Origin: Paraspadella gotoi
Taxonomy: Eukaryota; Animalia; Chaetognatha
Direction of reading: 5' to 3'
Length of the DNA stretch: 52,438 bases
NCBI GenBank assembly: GCA_051294375.1
Contig: CM119268.1
Span: 22,101,640-22,154,077, forward strand
A model generated the notes under the pieces. The model was given only the letters and a program-made list of their open reading frames with translations, ran no database searches and had not been told where the DNA came from. The stretch's first letter is position 1; every line of letters begins with the position of its first letter. A program made the translations under genes and the position numbers. Positions 49,560 to 52,438 of the stretch are shown here, piece by piece.

Positions 49560-49866
49560 TCTCCGACTCTGAAAGTCGTTTGGCTCGTAACCTGTTTATT
49601 TGGTTCTCGAGTCTCCAACGATGAAAGACATTAATCCTAAAATTCAAACGAGAAAAGAACAAGAGAAAAAAAATAACAAAAGAATAAAAAGAGGAAATAC
49701 AAGAATAAAAGAAAGTAAAATAAAAAAGAAAATAATTTAAATAATCAAAGGAATTTGGAAGGAAAGTTCAAAGGAAAACAAAATAAGAAACTAAAGGAGA
49801 AAGAACGAAACATATGGAAAACAAAATAAAAAAAAGAGGGAATTTTTTTTTTTTAATTAAAAAAAA

Positions 49867-50715
49867 TGTGTTGCGCCGCAGTAACTGCCTTTTTCGTGAC
49901 ATGGCATGACATTATATGACATGAAATGACATGACTACAATAACTTTCTGAGCCCATGCATCGGTATTTCGTCTTTTGTTTTTTATAGTTTTAGGATTTC
50001 CTGAAGGCGGCGCTAGTAGTCACCTAAATTTTAGCATTTTCCTTTCTTAATCATTGAGCAACCAACTATATGCAAGTTACGAGCATTTTTAACGTTAGTG
50101 GGTCAGACCGACGGACCGACCGACGGACCGACCGACGGACCGACGACGGACCGACCGACCGGAACGACCGACGGACAGACCGACGGAACACCGACGGACA
50201 AACCGACGGACCGCGACCGACGGACCCGACCGACGGACCGACCGACGGACAGACCGAACGGACGGCCGAATGGATCCGACCGACGAGACAGACGGACCGA
50301 CGGACCGACCGAGGACCGCGACCGACGGAACCGACCGACGGACGGAACCAGACCGACGGACCGACCCGACGGTACAGAACCGACGGACGACCGCGGACAG
50401 AACCAGACGGACCGACCGAACGGAGCAGAACCGACGGAACGACCGCCGGACAGACCGACGGACAGACCAGACGGACAGACCGACGGACCGACGGAGGACC
50501 GACCGACGGACAGAACCGACGACCGGACCGACGGACAGACCGACGGACCGACCGAACGGACCGACGAACGGAGCAGACCGACGGACCGACGACGGAACCG
50601 ACGCGACGGACAGACCGACGGAACCGACGACGGACCGACCGAACGGACGCGAACGCGGACAGACCGACGAATCAACCGACCGACGGACAGACCGACGGAC
50701 AGACCGACAGACTGA
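49867..50715 (+). mobile_element. DINE-1/Helentron-like element, copy 5, with GACC/GACG microsatellite expanded to ~600 bp
   Basis: TGTGTTGCGCCGCAG...GGCGGCGCTAGTAGTC...AACGTTAGTGGGTCAGACCGACGGACCGACC... Confidence 0.7.
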
Positions 50716-51099
50716 ACTGAATTTTGGGAAGGAATTTCTAAACGAGTTTTACTCTCGATTCCGGTTTTTTAATCTCAATTCTCTTTTCTAGTTGAAACGA
50801 CTTTTTTTATGAATATCTCACCCCAGTTTTTTATCTACTTTTTTTTTTTTAGTTTTTGTTTTTGTTTTTATTTTCGTCGTCGTCGTCGTCGTCGTCGTCG
50901 TCTCTCCGTTTCTCACTTTTACAATTTGTTTTCATCACGTTCACGGATTTTCGAATCTCCGTGAAAAAGCCAACGGAAATCAAACCTCACAAATTTTCAA
51001 AAGGCGACGTTTTAAGAATAGATTTTTTTTTTCGCTCACGGCCTCAGCGCCTTCATTGGTTCCTGCACGAAATCTGTATTTCTATCAATATTGCTCTTT

Positions 51100-51195
<96 letters not shown>

Positions 51196-51884
51196 TATTT
51201 TTTCTTTCCCTTTCTCTCTCTCTTTCTTTCTTTTTTCTTTCCCTTTCTCTCTCTCTTTCTTTTTTCTTTCCCTTTCTCTCTCTCTTTCTTTCTTTTTTCT
51301 TTCCCTTTCTCTCTTTCTGTTTTTCTCTCTTCTATCTCTCTCTCTCTCACTCTCCACCTCGAGGCGGGAGAGAGTAATTTGTTTGCCAACTTCTCTTCTT
51401 CGGTAAAAGGTTCAAGAGCTGAGAGGAGGAAGAGGAGGAGGAGGAGGAGGAGGAAGAGGAGGTGGGAGGAAAGGGTGGAAAACGGAGATAAAGAAGAAGC
51501 TAAGTAAAGAATGAACACGATAAAATGGCCGAAAACGGAGANNNNNNNNNNNNNNNNNNNNNNNNNNNNNNNNNNNNNNNNNNNNNNNNNNNNNNNNNNN
51601 NNNNNNNNNNNNNNNNNNNNNNNNNNNNNNNNNNNNNNNNNNNNNNNNNNNNNNNNNNNNNNNNNNNNNNNNNNNNNNNNNNNNNNNNNNNNNNNNNNNN
51701 NNNNNNNNNNNNNNNNNNNNNNNNNNGAGAGAGAAAGAGATGGCGAGAAAATATTAGTCATGATAAATGTATGGATAACACGAAGGCTAAGTGCGACTAA
51801 ACTAAAAAATAATGTATTCTTAAAAACCTGATAAGAAGAAATAAGGCGCAACTTATTAGGATATGAAACTAGTATAGTTGAAAG

Positions 51885-52225
51885 TCTGGAATGGAAGGGG
51901 ATTAGGGCAGAGTGGAAGGGGATTACGAAAGAGTGGAAGGGGATTAGAGAAAAGTGGAGGGGACCAGGGAAGAGTGGAAAGGGATTAGGGAACAATGAAA
52001 TGGGATTATAGAAGAACAGAAGAGGATTAGTATAGTATGGAAAGGGATTAGGAAAGAATGGAGGGGATTAGGGAAGAGTGGAGGGGGATTAAGGAATAGT
52101 GGAAGGGGATTAGGGAAGAGTGAAAAGGGATTAGGGAAGAGTAAATGGGGATTAGAGAAGAGTAGGAGGGGATTAGGAAAGAGTGGAGAGGATTAGGGAA
52201 GAGTAAAAGGAGATTAGGGAAAATT
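51885..52225. repeat. 21-bp purine-rich minisatellite
   Basis: Unit approximately GGAAGGGGATTAGGGAAGAGT. Confidence 0.85.
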
Positions 52226-52438
52226 ATGGAAGAATAGATAGGGATGGAAAGGAATTGCCGGTTGTCAAAAAAACTGTGAAGAAAATAACAAAATATAAAA
52301 AGTTTTGTGGATATTATTTTTTCTTCAGTCTTCTCTATTCAGCCGATATTGAAATATGCGGCGGTTGGATTCGATCCATTGACCTTTTCAAAATAAACTT
52401 AAACATGAAATACATTTTGAAGAAATAGTTAATGAGAA

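Noticed and set aside
50070-50791. Thr/Asp/Arg/Pro repeat ORFs
   Set aside because: GACC/GACG microsatellite inside a transposon, open in several frames.

Overview
Eukaryotic, probably animal, genomic DNA (GT-AG introns, TTAGGG-type repeats). It comes from a draft assembly with six N-gaps, many microsatellites and several probable false duplications. Two spliced + strand genes can be reconstructed. Gene A (about 1662-4683, 5' end unresolved) has a TPR-like helical C-terminus. Gene B (9252-32008, about 16 exons, roughly 1,700 aa if it is one gene) is a type I membrane protein: signal peptide, lone ZP-N (cuticlin-like) domain, two SEA-like modules, a TM helix and a very long disordered tail with a His/Asp/Tyr block. 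Mobile DNA includes two non-autonomous Tc1 copies; two Penelope-like retroelement relics with minimal hammerhead ribozyme motifs, inverted pseudo-LTR/tail structure and 14-bp TSDs; the 3' part of an LTR retroelement inserted in an (AG)n tract and carrying an unrecognised, apparently spliced coiled-coil ORF; a solo LTR; several DINE-1/Helentron-like elements; a MITE-like family filled with telomere-like repeats; and tRNA-derived SINE-like heads. Most ORFs in the supplied track are microsatellite translations. All family assignments come from manual motif reading, not database searches.
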